From Phyllobates terribilis (lineage: Eukaryota): DNA of 64,000 nt. The notes under the pieces were generated by a model that saw nothing but the letters and a program-made list of their open reading frames with translations, did no database searches and was not told the DNA's origin. Both the position numbers and the translations under genes were made by a program. The stretch spans positions 395,870,001 through 395,934,000 of the forward strand of contig NW_027362765.1 in assembly GCF_046119375.1 (NCBI RefSeq), read 5' to 3'. This document shows, in pieces, positions 26,301 to 38,636 of this stretch. Every line of letters begins with the position of its first letter. The stretch's first letter is position 1.

Positions 26301-29300
26301 TGGGGGCGGGCCTTTGCCTCTGTACGGGCAGTGGGGGCGGGCCTTTGCCTCTGTACGGGCAGTGGGGGCGGGCCTTTGTCTCTTACTGCCCCTGCTCTCC
26401 TGACTGTTACACAGTATATAAGATGTACCAGAGAGGCAAGCTTTCAGGGCAGCAAGTCATTGGACAATGGCAGGAAAAATGCATATTGGAAAGTAAAGCA
26501 AAATAAGTTCTAGTCCCTGTAGTGCTGGCAGAATGCTGATGAAGAGTAACTGCCCACTTAAAATGAATTGATGGCAAGTGAAAGTAGCAGGAGAATCTTG
26601 ACAGTTCCTGGACCTATAAGACTGATTTGTGCACAGAAAGCAGTCGTACCTTTTTGGAGAGATGACGGCAGTAAGACCATGTTTTTCTACAGTGTTTTTT
26701 TTCTTTTAGAGAAGGACACGCTTTAATTGAGTAGATAGAATATCACTGATCACAATTATAACACATTCTCCACCTCAGTCATCACCTGATTATAATCTTT
26801 CCATAGTCAAAATTTCCACAAAAAACAATTCCGTTCATTTCATGACTCTTTTAAGCATCAGCCGCCCCGTAGTGGAAATCCAAAAACTTGTAGTACAATG
26901 GATTAAAGGCTAAAATATTACAAAATACCTTTATCCCGCCGGCAGAGCGATTCACAGATATCTGCAGTTTTTGCCGTGCACATTTCCAGACGTGTTAATA
27001 CCCTCGTTATCCGGCAATGGGGTCCTAATGATGCTCCCTTACAACACAGGGATTAGAGAAGAACCCTTGAAGACCACCACAAAGGAGCCAAGACATGATG
27101 TAACCACAGATTGTGTAACATCAGAGCGAGAAGTAATCAGCCAGATGTGTCCCGGGTCTAATGTATCAGCAGAGCCATCACTTCCCCACGCTGCGGTTTG
27201 GTTTTCCGCTCGCAGGAACAAGTTCTGTTACAGAATAACCTGATTGCGGTTTTACTTACCAGCTACAAGACGGATCAGTCCATGTCAGTATGGTCACCCC
27301 AGAATGCTCGTACAGTGGGCTGTAATGCCCGTCCTGGCTGCTCGCAGTGGTCCCCAGGCAGCGGGCACTATTACTGGGAGGGAATCTGATCCTAACGACG
27401 TTACGTCTCATCCTAATGAGCATTGTAGTCTATTATCTCCCCACCGTGACTCGGTTAACTGGTGGTTCCATTTTAATTTCTGCTTACCAAGCAAAACCCA
27501 ACGTCCCTGCTCGCTGCCGGATGATTTCATATAATAGATGAGCCGGGAGTAGCAGACAGACACGCTGTAGATGTAAGCGGAATATAATCTCCCCCACTAG
27601 GATCCTCAGCGGAGCGTTTCCGACTTCGTCAATACCTTTTCGCGTGCATTAGACCCATTAGCCGATCTATACAACCCGGTAGAATCGGATTAGTTGTATC
27701 TTCCTTCAGTTGTAGGAATTTTCATATCCATCCGTAGTACGAGGAACGATGCATCGTCCTCCGGATCACAGAAAAAAAAAAATAGATTATTTTTGGACAT
27801 TTATAGAACAATTCTACAATGTTCGACAAACCAAAACAGAGAGTCGTTCCACCCAGAATAGAGTAGCCTTAAACCACCAGGTAAATATCGATTAAAAAAT
27901 AACAACTTTATTGAAAATAAATTAATAAAAAAAAAAAAAAATTATATATATATATATATATATATCAGATTACAATATCGAGGTTTTATGATGTTCGACA
28001 AACGTCCAAAAATAATCCACAATTCTTGTTTTGCAATAGGGAATTGGCCTGGAAATTTCATTTGAGGATTTTACTGAAGGTTTTCATATGTGCTGTGTAT
28101 TTTATGGGATTTATGAGGCAATAAGTGGACAGTCCACTCTTGAAGTTGATGTGTTGGAAGCAGGAAAAACTGATCTAAGCCACAAACTACATGACTGTCC
28201 GGATTCCCCCATCTTCTGAAATATATAGCGGGTGAAAGTGCCGAGTATTTTTTTGCTCCTTTACTGCTCAGGGGGTAGACTGGCTCTGTGATCGGTCGTA
28301 GTTGTCCACACTACAATGCCTGTGTGACCAGGGCTTCTCCTGCCACCTCCATGTCACCCCTTCCTTTCTTGCAGATATCTGGACCAGATCGAAGACTTGG
28401 AGGCCACAGACACAGAAGACACCAAGTTAAACTATGGGATCATCATCGATTGCGGTAGTAGCGGATCGCGGGTGTTTGTCTACTTTTGGCCGCCGCACAA
28501 CGGAAACCCACACGACCTCCTGGATATTAAGCAGATGAGGGACCGAGGCAGCAAACCTGTGGTGAAGAAGATCAAGCCAGGTACCAAGCGTCACCAGAGT
28601 TAATTGCATTTAAAACATTGGTTGCTGCAGAACCTCTTTTTGAAGAGAAAAATGGAAAATTCTGATATACTATCTAATATATAAAACACCTCCATCCTTT
28701 TCATAAAGAGCTTCTGCAGTAGCAGACAGTCGTGTGATAAGGCTCTGCGGCGGCAGACGGGCGCGGGATGAGGCTCTGCGGCGGCAGACGGGCGCGGGAT
28801 GAGGCTCTGCGGCGGCAGACGGGCGCGGGATGAGGCTCTGCGGCGGCAGACGGGCGTGGGATGAGGCTCTGCGGCGGCTGATGGGCGCGGGATGAGGCTC
28901 TGTGGCAGGAGACGGCCGGCGCCTATGGTGCAGCGCTCCTCTGTACGGCACTGATGTGTATACTGATAGCTCTGACTTCTGGGTATTACTTGATGCCATT
29001 CAGTGTCTCCAGCTGCTATAGAAGCTGATTTTTGTTGTATAATTGGGTATGTGCTGCCCCCTAGTGAGTATTTTGGGATGTCGCTATCTAAAGTTTTTTT
29101 GTGCCATCACATCAGGGTTAGTTCCTGCATCTGTGGCTGTGGCTCTGGTATGTTCCCTCCATTGAGTAGATCTGTACATACACAGACGCCTTCTCTCCGT
29201 TCTTCTAGGAATTTCTTCAATGGCGGCTACACCGGAAAAAGCGAGCGACTACATGAACCCTCTTTTAGCCTATGCAGCATTGTACATCCCGAAAGCGAAA

Positions 29301-32300
29301 CACAAGGAGACCCCCCTGTACATCTTGTGCACGGCGGGCATGAGGGTCCTGCCAGAGAGGTGAGCGGTCGCTCCTCTGCAGTGCAGCTACATAATCATTC
29401 CTATGTATTAAAGGGGCTTCCTGGGACTTGTATATGAGATCGGTGGAGGTCTGACGCCCGGCACCCCCATTGTTCAGATCTTAGCAGGTCCGGGCACAGC
29501 TCCGTACACCGTGTAGTAGTCATTCTCGGGTGCTGCAGATCAGGTCACACTATGTAGCAGATGAGCCGCAGTCCTGGAGAACAGGCCACTACATAGTGTC
29601 GGAGTCCAATATTTGGAACCTGCTAACATCTGACCAGTGGTGGACCCAGGTGTTTGTCCTCCACCGATCTATTCTAAGGTTTGGCTGTCAATATTTACGT
29701 TCTGGAAATGTATTTAATAACTTATTTCTGCCCACGCATGGTCCTCCGGTCAGTCAGCAGACAGCCATCCTCCAGGATCTGGTGAGGGACGTCCCCCAGG
29801 AGTTTGGCTTCCTCTTCTCAGAAGCTCACGCAGAGGTCATCTCAGGAAAACAAGAAGGTATGTTGAAGATTATTGATCCCGCTCTGGTCTCAGGTGTATA
29901 TGACAATGTGCCCCCCCGTAATATGTGCCTTGTTGTGTCCCCCCTCTGCAGGCGTTTACGCTTGGATCAGTATTAATTCTGTACTGGGGCGATTTGACCA
30001 CGTTGTAGAAGGTAAGTGGAGATGTGCGAATAATCTATAAAGTCTGTAAATCCACCAAACTCTGATCAGTGAATGTCCAAGTGGTCGGACCCCCACACAG
30101 TCATTTGGATAGGTGATTTTTTTTTTTTTTTTATATTGGGCATAGCCTTTTAATTTCTTTCTATTATCAGCCATGACAAGATGATGAGAGACTGGACAAC
30201 TGGTCAGAGGAGAAATGTCTGCTGCCGTGTACATGGCTTTATCTGGCAGATCTCCAGTGCTCTGCAGTCGGAGGACTTCGGGTGTGATGGTTCTGATGCT
30301 TCTTCTTTGCAGAGGAAGACGCGGTGGTTGCAGTGACTATAGGGGCACAAGAAGATGCCATTATCCGCAAGAGGACGGTGGGCATTATAGACATGGGTGG
30401 CGGATCCCTGCAGATCGCCTATGAGGTTCCTAAAACGATGACCTTCCCCTCTGCAGAACATGTAAGTACAGGTCTCACATCAGATCCGCAGGTTGTGTAT
30501 GGATCTCGCTGCCCCGTAATCAGTCACCTCCACATGTCTCGTGATGTCACATTGTGCAGCGGCTCGTCTGCACTCACATCAGGCTCTACCCCAAGAATGA
30601 TATTCTCCTCACTGGCCCTATTTGCTGGGAAGCCATTAATTACTCCACCAGCAGAATAGTTGATTGCAGCTCTGGAGTATAATACAGGATGTAACTCAGG
30701 ATCAGTACAGGATAAGTAATGTAATGTATGTACACAGTGACTCCACCAGCAGAATAGTGAGTGCAGCTCTGGAGTATAATACAGGATGTAACTCAGGATC
30801 AGTACAGGATAAGTAATATAATGTATGTACACAGTGACTGCACCAGCAGAATAGTGAGTGCAGCTCTGGAGTATAATACAGGATGTAACTCAGGATCAGT
30901 AATGTAATGTAGGTACAGTGACTCCACCAACAGAATAGTGAGTGCAGCTCTGGAGTATAATACAGGATGTAACTCAGGATCAGTAATGTAATGTATGTAC
31001 ACAGTGACTGCACCAGCAGAATAGTGAGTGCAGCTCTGGGGTATAATACAGGATGTAACTCAGGATCAGTACGGGGTAAGTAATGTATGTACAAAGTTGC
31101 TGAACTTTTTATGTAGACGTGTAACTGTAATTCTTTGCTGTACATTCCAGGAGGAAGTTGCAAAAATGTTGCTGGCAGAGTTCAACCTGGGTTGTGATTT
31201 GCAGCACAGCGAGCACGTCTACAGGGTGTACGTCACTACGTTCCTGGGCTTTGGAGGGAACTTTGCCCGTCAACGTTACGAAGACTCGGTGTTCAATGAG
31301 ACGGTGACCAAAAATAGGTATTTTATAACCAGTCATTGCAGTGTGAAGAAACTAGCAGTATCCCCTATAGGTTCATGGATCTCTATAGGTTTGTGCAAAC
31401 ACGACCTGACCAGCGCCGCTCGACTCCTGATGTAGAACGGAGTGGCGTCCCTCTAGTACACTTACTACAACATATCCTTTTTTTATTTTTTTGCTGCAGA
31501 GTGTTGGGAGAGCAGAAGGGAATTAATCCCAGCTCGCCGTACTTGGACCCATGTTTACCAGTTGGACATAAGGACAAGATTCAGCGGCAGGAGCAGGACT
31601 TCCATATGCTGGGCAAAGGGAACTGGGACGGCTGCCGGCAGCTCCTGGAACCGCTCTTATCCAAATCGAATGACTCTCAGGCCTATCTGAATGGCGTGTA
31701 CCAGCCGTCCATCGACTTTTCAAACAGCGAGTTCTACGGTTTCTCAGAGTTTTACTATTGCATGGAGGACGTGCTGCGCATGGGAGGAGCGTATGATAAC
31801 CAGAAGTTTTCCAAAGCCGCCAAGGTACGTGGTAGTGACCCAGCGACCGACTGGTCCTTCAGAGCGGTGATATTAGTTCATACATGTTCCTCTTCTGTTC
31901 TTGTCAACAGGATTATTGCAGCATGCCCTGGACAACCCTGAGCGAACGCTTCAACAACGGTCTGTACTCTGGTCACGCCGACCTGCACCGACTAAAGTAA
32001 GTTACTCTGGACGTGCCTCTTCTGTCCTTTTAATAAATACTTTCATTACCAATAAAATATCAATTCTGGTGCAGAGGAACAGCTCAATGCACATCTAGGG
32101 AAAAAAAAATGCCAGCATTTGCTAAAGCACAAATGTCCAAGGATCGATCGCAGGTTTAAAGGGAACTTTCCTAGAAGCTGCTAGAAATAATTTTTACGTC
32201 CCATGCTGATATATGATCACTTACATTAAGACAACATTCGCACTGTGAGTTGTTTTACGCTTCGTATTTTCGAAAAATGCAAGTAACCTATTTTACTTAA

Positions 32301-34556
32301 TGGGCGCAGAAACGGTGCAACCTCAAAAACGCATCTGGTGAACGTAGCCTTAGAGACCCCAAGAGGTAAAACTAACTGGTTATGATGCTACATATATGCT
32401 TTTATATATGAAAATGAAATATAAAAAAAAAAAAAAAGTGTCAAACCCTATACAATTTGTCATGATATAAACCTTTAATTTTTTTTTCTTCAGTTTGCGG
32501 TTCTCTTTTAATATAAGTGTTTAGTAGCAAAATAAGCATAACAAGTTGTACAATAAATTGTTAGCACCATGTGTAGTGATGGGCGCAAGTGCTTGTTATC
32601 GTTACTTGAGTGTGCTGAGGATGCATGTTTCGCAGGGATTGCCTGACAAACACGGGCAATCCCCGCATGTTTTTGTGACGGTCTTAACAGCCGCAAAACA
32701 TGCAACCGTGGTGACTCGAACATGTCACTCGGGCACCTGCGATACTCGGCATATCCAAGCACTCTAGCAAACTCGAGGAACGAGCACTTGCGCTCACCAC
32801 TAATCATCTGTAATGATTTTTATATCGTGGTAAAAAATAACTGTTTTTGTTCTTTATTTGTTGTCAAATATAGATATAAATAAATTTGAATTCCAACATT
32901 TAAGAAAATGTCACCTTCATAAAGTGCAGCTCATCCCACCGACGACATAAGTCTTTTGTAGCGCATTGATCAAGAAATGTAAAAAAAAAAAAAAAAAAAA
33001 AAAAAAGTTCTGACCGTTGAAAAAGAAAGAATAAGAATACAATTGTGTTCACGTATGCAGGTGATCATGTCGGAGCTGCACATGAACCAACAAACTTTCT
33101 GCTTTCCAGGTATCAGTGCTTTAAGTCTGCATGGATGCATAAAGTTCTTCACGATGGCATCCACTTTCCTTCCAATTACCCAAACCTGAAGACGGCCCAG
33201 CTGGTGTACGACAAGGAGGTGCAGTGGACGCTCGGAGCGATGCTTTACAAAACCCGCTTCCTGCCACTCAGGTACGTGACCTGGAATGACTTTATATACA
33301 GAATAATCTATACATATAGTCTTAGCGCCTACATTTGATGCCATTAATTCCTACATGAGACTCCCTGTGGCACGGTCAGAAGAACTTGAGTCCTACTTTT
33401 GGGTGGAAATTTCTAAACTGAAATCCGCAGGGGTCTCTGCATCTAAAATCTGCAGGATCGCTGCATCTACAGCGCAAAAATATATTTCACCCCCGTCGGG
33501 GACCTGAAGCCTGAGATGCAAGGAATTGTTTTTGCTCCCTGCATACTGCCTGTGCTATCAGGGAAGATTTTCTAACAAAACAGGGGTTTCACAGAGACCA
33601 GGAGTCGCTGTCTCACTTTCCACGCCACAAACAGCTCCTCATACCCCAGCTTCCTGGTCTGTACGTTGTGTATTGGATGCACAATCTCTGCATACAGCCT
33701 AAGGAATCATTCAGACTGCTATAGTGTGGGCACATCCGAGCCTCTGTATTATAGCCCGATTACGAGTATGCTGGCCCAAACGAATGGCATAGATCTCCAG
33801 GATACTGTGAGATTGGATCGTAAATCCTGCAGTCAGGTACAATGGGTATTGTCGACAATTGCTTGTAAATGCAAGCAATTTTTAGTCTGTTCATCAGCTA
33901 ATACTTTATCTTGTTTATAGCTTGCTACCTTGGAGACCGACCACCGCTGCTCAGACACCACAACGCTTACAAACTCTTTTCTATTCAGCTTGTAATCCCT
34001 GTTTTGACGCCTGCCAGGATTGCTGGAGCGTGTTGTTACCTCCTAAACCTGGCCAGCCTCAGCGCACTGCTTACAAGCTAGGCTGCAGCGGTGGTCGGTC
34101 TCCTAGGCAACGAGCTATAAATAAAGTGTTAATGTCTCAAGAACAGATGCAAATTTTTAGTAAGCAGCAAATTGCAAAAATTCTTGTATTTACAAGAACT
34201 GTCTGACCAGCTCCATCTAAAATGGGAACATAACCCTTTATTAAGATCCTAAAACAGATCTTGCAGCCGTCTGGTAACAGATTTGGTCCTTCCACCTTGA
34301 ACACCAGCGTCTTTCTTCTTGCAGGGACATCCGGCAGGACGGCTCTCGTCCGGCTCACGTCAGCTGGTACAGGATCTCGTTTGTCTACAACCACTACCTG
34401 TTCTTCGCCTGCATCCTGGTGGTGCTGCTGTCCATTATTCTGTATATCTTCCGCCTGAGACGCATTCACAGGAGGCTGGCGCGGGCCTCCGCCCTGGACT
34501 TGTTATTACTGGAGGAGGGGGTTCACGTGGTAGCAGAGCCTGCACTTCCCAGATAG
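14341..34556 (+). CDS. ENTPD7: Ectonucleoside triphosphate diphosphohydrolase 7 (GDA1/CD39 apyrase family), spliced, 610 aa
   Basis: Coding exons: 14341-14348, 15233-15415, 28375-28580, 29209-29359, 29754-29857, 29952-30011, 30313-30461, 31151-31317, 31500-31824, 31911-31996, 33110-33271, 34325-34556. All GT-AG with consistent phases; total 1833 nt. Apyrase motifs DCGSSGSR, TAGMR, GKQEG, DMGGGSLQ, QWTLG; N- and C-terminal hydrophobic helices. MARISFS start and neighbouring COX15/CUTC favour ENTPD7 over ENTPD4. Confidence 0.95.
14495..14665. repeat. Palindromic interspersed repeat with ACTACAACTCCCAGCATGC arms
   Basis: 14498-14516 is the reverse complement of 14640-14658; lies in ENTPD7 intron 2. 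Confidence 0.65.
16543..16793 (-). mobile_element. tRNA-derived SINE (V-SINE-like)
   Basis: Minus strand: box A TGGCTCAGTGG, box B GGATTCAAATCC, central GGGTTTCCTCCAGGTTCTCCGGTTTCCTCCCAC core, AT-rich LINE-like tail. Confidence 0.8.
19049..20173 (+). pseudogene. DIRS gag C-terminus joined in frame to the pol C-terminal (adenine methyltransferase-like) domain
   Basis: RLFGSKLDQIISDATGGKS (gag-like) continues in frame into GEWSLHPEVF...DLMAS...YLFPPLPL...APDWP...WY. Confidence 0.7.
20149..21173 (+). pseudogene. DIRS tyrosine recombinase, disrupted
   Basis: Three ORF pieces containing PWDLNMVL, TSIRRVAEL, HSTW (HSTR expected) and TWSS; stop or frameshift near 20484 and 20760. Confidence 0.85.
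23175..25150. mobile_element. Degraded Tc1-like fragments, at least two elements
   Basis: Tc1-type end TACACTATATGGACAAAAGTA at about 23177; minus-strand peptide KHNAERRMEWC...LCSDRSHF; second Tc1-type end CAGTCACGGCCAAAA at about 24331. Confidence 0.6.
25485..26378. repeat. 31-bp G-rich minisatellite (GTACGGGAAGTGGGGGCGGGCCTTTGCCTCT) x about 29
   Basis: Directly visible; explains the 31-aa periodic ORFs; lies in ENTPD7 intron 3. Confidence 0.97.
28740..28915. repeat. 31-bp CpG-rich minisatellite (GAGGCTCTGCGGCGGCAGACGGGCGCGGGAT) x 5-6
   Basis: Directly visible in ENTPD7 intron 4. Confidence 0.9.
30642..31092. repeat. Tandem repeat of 84-98 bp units x 5 (ACTCCACCAGCAGAATAGTGAGTGCAGCTCTGGAGTATAATACAGGATGTAACTCAGGATCAGT...)
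   Basis: Units start near 30642, 30740, 30837, 30921 and 31007; a related monomer remnant sits at about 52185-52220. Confidence 0.9.
32574..32802. mobile_element. hAT-type MITE
   Basis: TAGTGATGGGCGCAAGTGCT...AGCACTTGCGCTCACCACTA; flanks ACCATGTG / ATCATCTG match at 6 of 8, a decayed TSD. Confidence 0.75.
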
Positions 34557-35562
34557 TGCCGATCTAACCTGCTACTTTGGGGTTATGGAGGTTTAATGCT
34601 AAATATGCACTGTAAGGCCAGATTCAGATGTTCGTGTAGCACTGTGCGTGAATGGATCGGCATAGGGCCTCCTAAGCTGGACGTGAGGCTGTCAGGTTTG
34701 GGTCACGGCCCGCACATGGACGTCTGAATTTGGCCTTACGTGTTTTCTCTTTTGCTGACAGCCGTCTCCTTTGTGACACCAAAGTCTATCACTACATAAA
34801 ATCCCTCTTTATTGCGAGCAATCACATCAGCACATGGCAGAACCTGGAGCAAAGATATCGCATCTGAACAAGCACTTGAGCAGCCGGCCCCCCAACAAAA
34901 TTAAGGAATAATCCTTTTTAAAAGGAGCTCTCCCATCTCTCAGCCTTTCTTATCGGAGACAGAAGTATCTCCATCCGACTTCCCGCTTTGCTATTTTGTT
35001 TCTGAAACTCATTAATTTCAATGAAGGTTATGGAAAAGTTCAGCCGCTTCTGCCCTTCGTGGTGCTGGTACTCTCCCATTTCATCCCTAAACGGCTGCTA
35101 TCAGGATAAATAAGCATTGTTATTTGCTTCAGACTATCAGCAGCGGAGAAAACCTTGGGTGAAGTGGATCAGTCACCTACACGGTGAGAAAGCGGCCATT
35201 TTGTCGTAGTCCGTTAAACTGCTCTGGACACAGATAAGCTACATTGTGATTGTGTCCCGAATCAGATTCCCCAATGGCTCCATATCCACAGTGTATAGGT
35301 GACCCACTCACCCTTTATTTCTGCCGTGAGGCAGGCGGTCACATTTTGGTCTCGTGTTTCAGAGCCAAAGTCGAATCCTTTTTACATTCCAAAAATCCAG
35401 TGTATTTATAAGCTAAAGAGAATGGTGTCGTGATAAGAAACATGATGGCGGGGGCTACAGAAGCGATACCTCGATTTATAGGGCAGGGTTCAGCGGAGCG
35501 TGCCTGTCCTCTGTATACATTCCTGGCTCACAAGCTGAGATCCTTCACTCTCCATCTGATAG

Positions 35563-35568
35563 AATAAA
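35563..35568 (+). terminator. ENTPD7: Candidate ENTPD7 polyadenylation signal AATAAA
   Basis: Canonical hexamer about 1 kb after the stop codon; position only. Confidence 0.25.
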
Positions 35569-36259
35569 GTTAACATATCTACATTATAGGGGTGTCTAAA
35601 CTCTCCAAAAAGTTGTCGAAAAACAGCACAAACTGAGATAAAATGGGCCATTAGTTTTTTGAGGAGTTTTCTGGAGTGGGTCCGCGCCAAAAAAAAACCA
35701 CCCGAAAAATGTGCTAAAAAAACCCATAAACACTTATATAGGCAGAGGCTTTTATTTCTATTGTAAAAGCACTTTTTGTTCAGTATTTAGTGGGATTTTT
35801 TTTCCGCTTCAGGTTTTGAAAAACATCTGGTAGAGAAAAAAAAGTGCATGTCACTACTTAGACGGCTTTTGATGGAAAATGCACAAAACTAAGCCGTGTC
35901 CAAACAAAAAACTGCAAAAAAAAATACTGCAGGAAAAGAAAAACTCCTCCAAAGAAGGAGCGAAAACTGAAGAGGTTTTCAACGAAAAAAAACAAGTCCG
36001 TCTGCACCTCACATAGCCTGACTCCGGCTCTACTGATCCTGCAGTGATGTCATGTGACCATCGCAGCCAATCACTTTATGATCTGTGACACTTGTACATA
36101 CTGAGGCCAGTGATTGGCTGCAGCGGTCATAGGATGGATGAACATTACAAATAATAAATAATTAGGAGTCCCTTTCATTTAAGAAATGTAGTTGAATTTA
36201 CAACCAAGAACCTCGTAGAGCAGATCCAAAACAGACTATTGTTTTTAGTTATATACGGA

Positions 36260-37600
36260 ATTAAAGGAGTTGTACCAAAAGTAACGTTTATCACCTATAA
36301 GAGGAATAGACGATAAATGTATGATCACTAGGGGTCCTGGTACTTTAATTTCCGCTTATCTTGAGAACAGGGGTCCCAAAATCTCCTGTGTGAATGCAGC
36401 GTTAGTGAGTATGTGCAACGACCACTGCTGTGAGCAGTGGTCGCACATGCTCAGTACCGCTCAATGCACACTTGGGACCCTGATAATTTATGGGGGTCCA
36501 AAGGGTCCGCTCCAGCACTATTCATTACTGTGGGTAGGTGATAAGTTTTTATAGAAGTTCTGGTTCCCCAACATCTGGAGAGCCACAGATTTTTGACTAC
36601 CACTGTGCAGCCGGTTCTGTCCCCATTAGTACACTGCCACTATGGCCGGCATACTGAAGGGTAACACTCCCCAGTAATCATGTCATTGGTAACGTGTGTT
36701 ATGTCCGTTCTCAGACATTTCCTACAAAGATGCTTAAAGGGGGTCTTCATCCTTTATCGCAGACATCAACCCACTGCCATTCACAGACCTGTATTAGGAG
36801 ACAATGAAGTAACGCCCATCAGTGGAATCACGTACGAGACGATGACTGCGGCCATCATTGTTTGTCCCCATGTAACACTCAGTATCTGGTTTTTCATGTC
36901 CATGCTGTGAAATCTGTTTATTTTTGCTATATTAAAGGGGTTGCCGAGGATTATAAAAACTAAAGCTGTATTTTTGGGAGAAAAACCAAACACCACTCTT
37001 ATCCACAAGTTGTGTATAGTATTGACAGTTATCACCATTTACTTAAAGGATAAGGACACCTTTGGGAACATTTTTTTTTTTTGTTAAATGTGTATATTTT
37101 TGCAGTAGGGTTTTATTAACGTTTAACAGTTTTACTTCTGCAGCCTCTGTGTATCACTGTACAGAATCACTTACCAAGAAGCTCATCTGTAACCCTTATC
37201 GCTCTTCTTCTGAACCATCTTTTAAGCTAAATTATGACCAAAACTTTCATTAAATCAGCTTAAAAGGGATAAAGGTTGGAGACTCTGCTGACAGATGAGC
37301 TCACTGGTAATTGATTCTGCGGTCTATGTACAATGATACGTAGAAGCTGTAGAAGGCAAACTCTCTAATCTGTAGTGAAACCTTGTTCCATGAATGAGTT
37401 CTAGCCTTCCTCTCAGACTCTTTTCTTTGCTCTGTGATACGTAGAAGCCGAACTGTCCAAAATCTTTAGTGTCCAGATCTGTAAAATGAATGGGGCTGAG
37501 CTGGCTGCACTACCAGGAATAACCTCTGGACAAGAGTGGTGCTGTTTTTAGAAACAGGCAGTCGTGTTTTTCTAATCCTGGACAACCCCTAACTTAAAGG
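36260..37600. mobile_element. Cluster of TTAA-flanked T2/Kolobok-type MITEs, partly nested
   Basis: Several TTAAAGG starts (near 36260, 36735, 36932, 37043, 37594). The terminus at 36936 matches the reverse complement of the end at about 37590 over roughly 90 nt. Confidence 0.55.
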
Positions 37601-37749
37601 GAACATGTTTTCTACTCCCACTTTTTATTTAATGTGAAATCTGTCCTGTGTTCTCACTGATCCCAGCATCTGAATAAAAGTCACCCGTGGATTTACAAGT
37701 CTCCGGTGGTCTCTGCACACAACTTCTTCAGAAAATAGTCTCCATCTGT

Positions 37750-38173
37750 ATACCAGCGTTAGGATTACTTTATTTATTGCACAATCCGTAAATACATAAA
37801 ATAAATTACCCGGGAGAAGGACCCGAGACCCCTCTACAGAACACTAAATCCGGGTCACAGACAAATGGAAGTGGGGGGGGGGGGGTGTTTAGCCAGATTT
37901 GATAAGAGGAATCGGCCTAGTGATCCACTACGACAGCTCAGCTTGTATCTCAACCTTTCCACTTATGTAGCCAAAATAAATAGAAAACGTATCATTACCA
38001 CTACACTACAGTCACATGATCCAGTCCATGTCCCCAAACCATAGGGAAAGTCACGTACAACAAGGGATGGATTTGCTTTCCGTTTTTGGTCCACAGATGT
38101 ACAGGGGTGTGGAAAAATCTCTCAAATAGTCCAATAAATAGGGAGGTGCAAGAGGCGGACAATGACTGGATAC
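37750..38173 (-). other. ATP6V0E2: Probable non-coding last exon (3' UTR) of ATP6V0E2
   Basis: Strong minus-strand acceptor CTCTTTTTTTCCCATTATAG|G at 38173; minus-strand AATAAA at about 37769-37778; exon 3 has a donor 24 nt after the stop. Confidence 0.55.
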
Positions 38174-38636
38174 CTATAATGGGAAAAAAAGAGACAATTG
38201 TCACCAGCAATTAAAGAGATGTAAAACACTTTACTGCTAGTTGCGGAAGGGCTGTACAGGGTTAACAGGACAGCTAGCGCCACCTCTGTCCATGGGTTAT
38301 ACCTGGTAGGCATCTTTATAGTGACGGGCTCTGCTGGGTGTTCTGTACAAATCCTGTTTTGGGGGTTTTTAAATTAAGTTCCGAACGTAGGTTCTAACTT
38401 GATGTGAACCCGGCCAACGGAACAACACGGCCCGTCGTACGTTCTTCTATAGATGTATCCAATAAAACGTGTCATTCCCTGTACATACAGAACCGCACTA
38501 TGGCTGTGTGTAGGACTCTTAGACCATTAGGACAGTCTCTAATTTTGGCTCAAAAAAAAATAAAGCATTAAAAATCACAAAGGCATCAAAACATAAAGGC
38601 CTTATATATTACCATCCAGCCTGAGCGCCAGTCTCT

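Noticed and set aside
25287-26513. ORFs of 292-408 aa
   Set aside because: They are products of the 31-bp minisatellite inside an ENTPD7 intron.
30642-31092. CRISPR-like array
   Set aside because: The units are contiguous with no unique spacers, and they lie in a vertebrate intron. The same applies to the 47-bp array at 55754.
14341-34556. ENTPD4 identity
   Set aside because: The MARISFS start and linkage to COX15/CUTC fit ENTPD7 better.
38001-38210. 69-aa minus-strand ORF behind a strong acceptor
   Set aside because: It is better explained as the non-coding last exon of ATP6V0E2.
38275-38292. Isolated CTCF-like TAGCGCCACCTCTG in ATP6V0E2 intron 3
   Set aside because: It is a single motif with no supporting context and may derive from a repeat.
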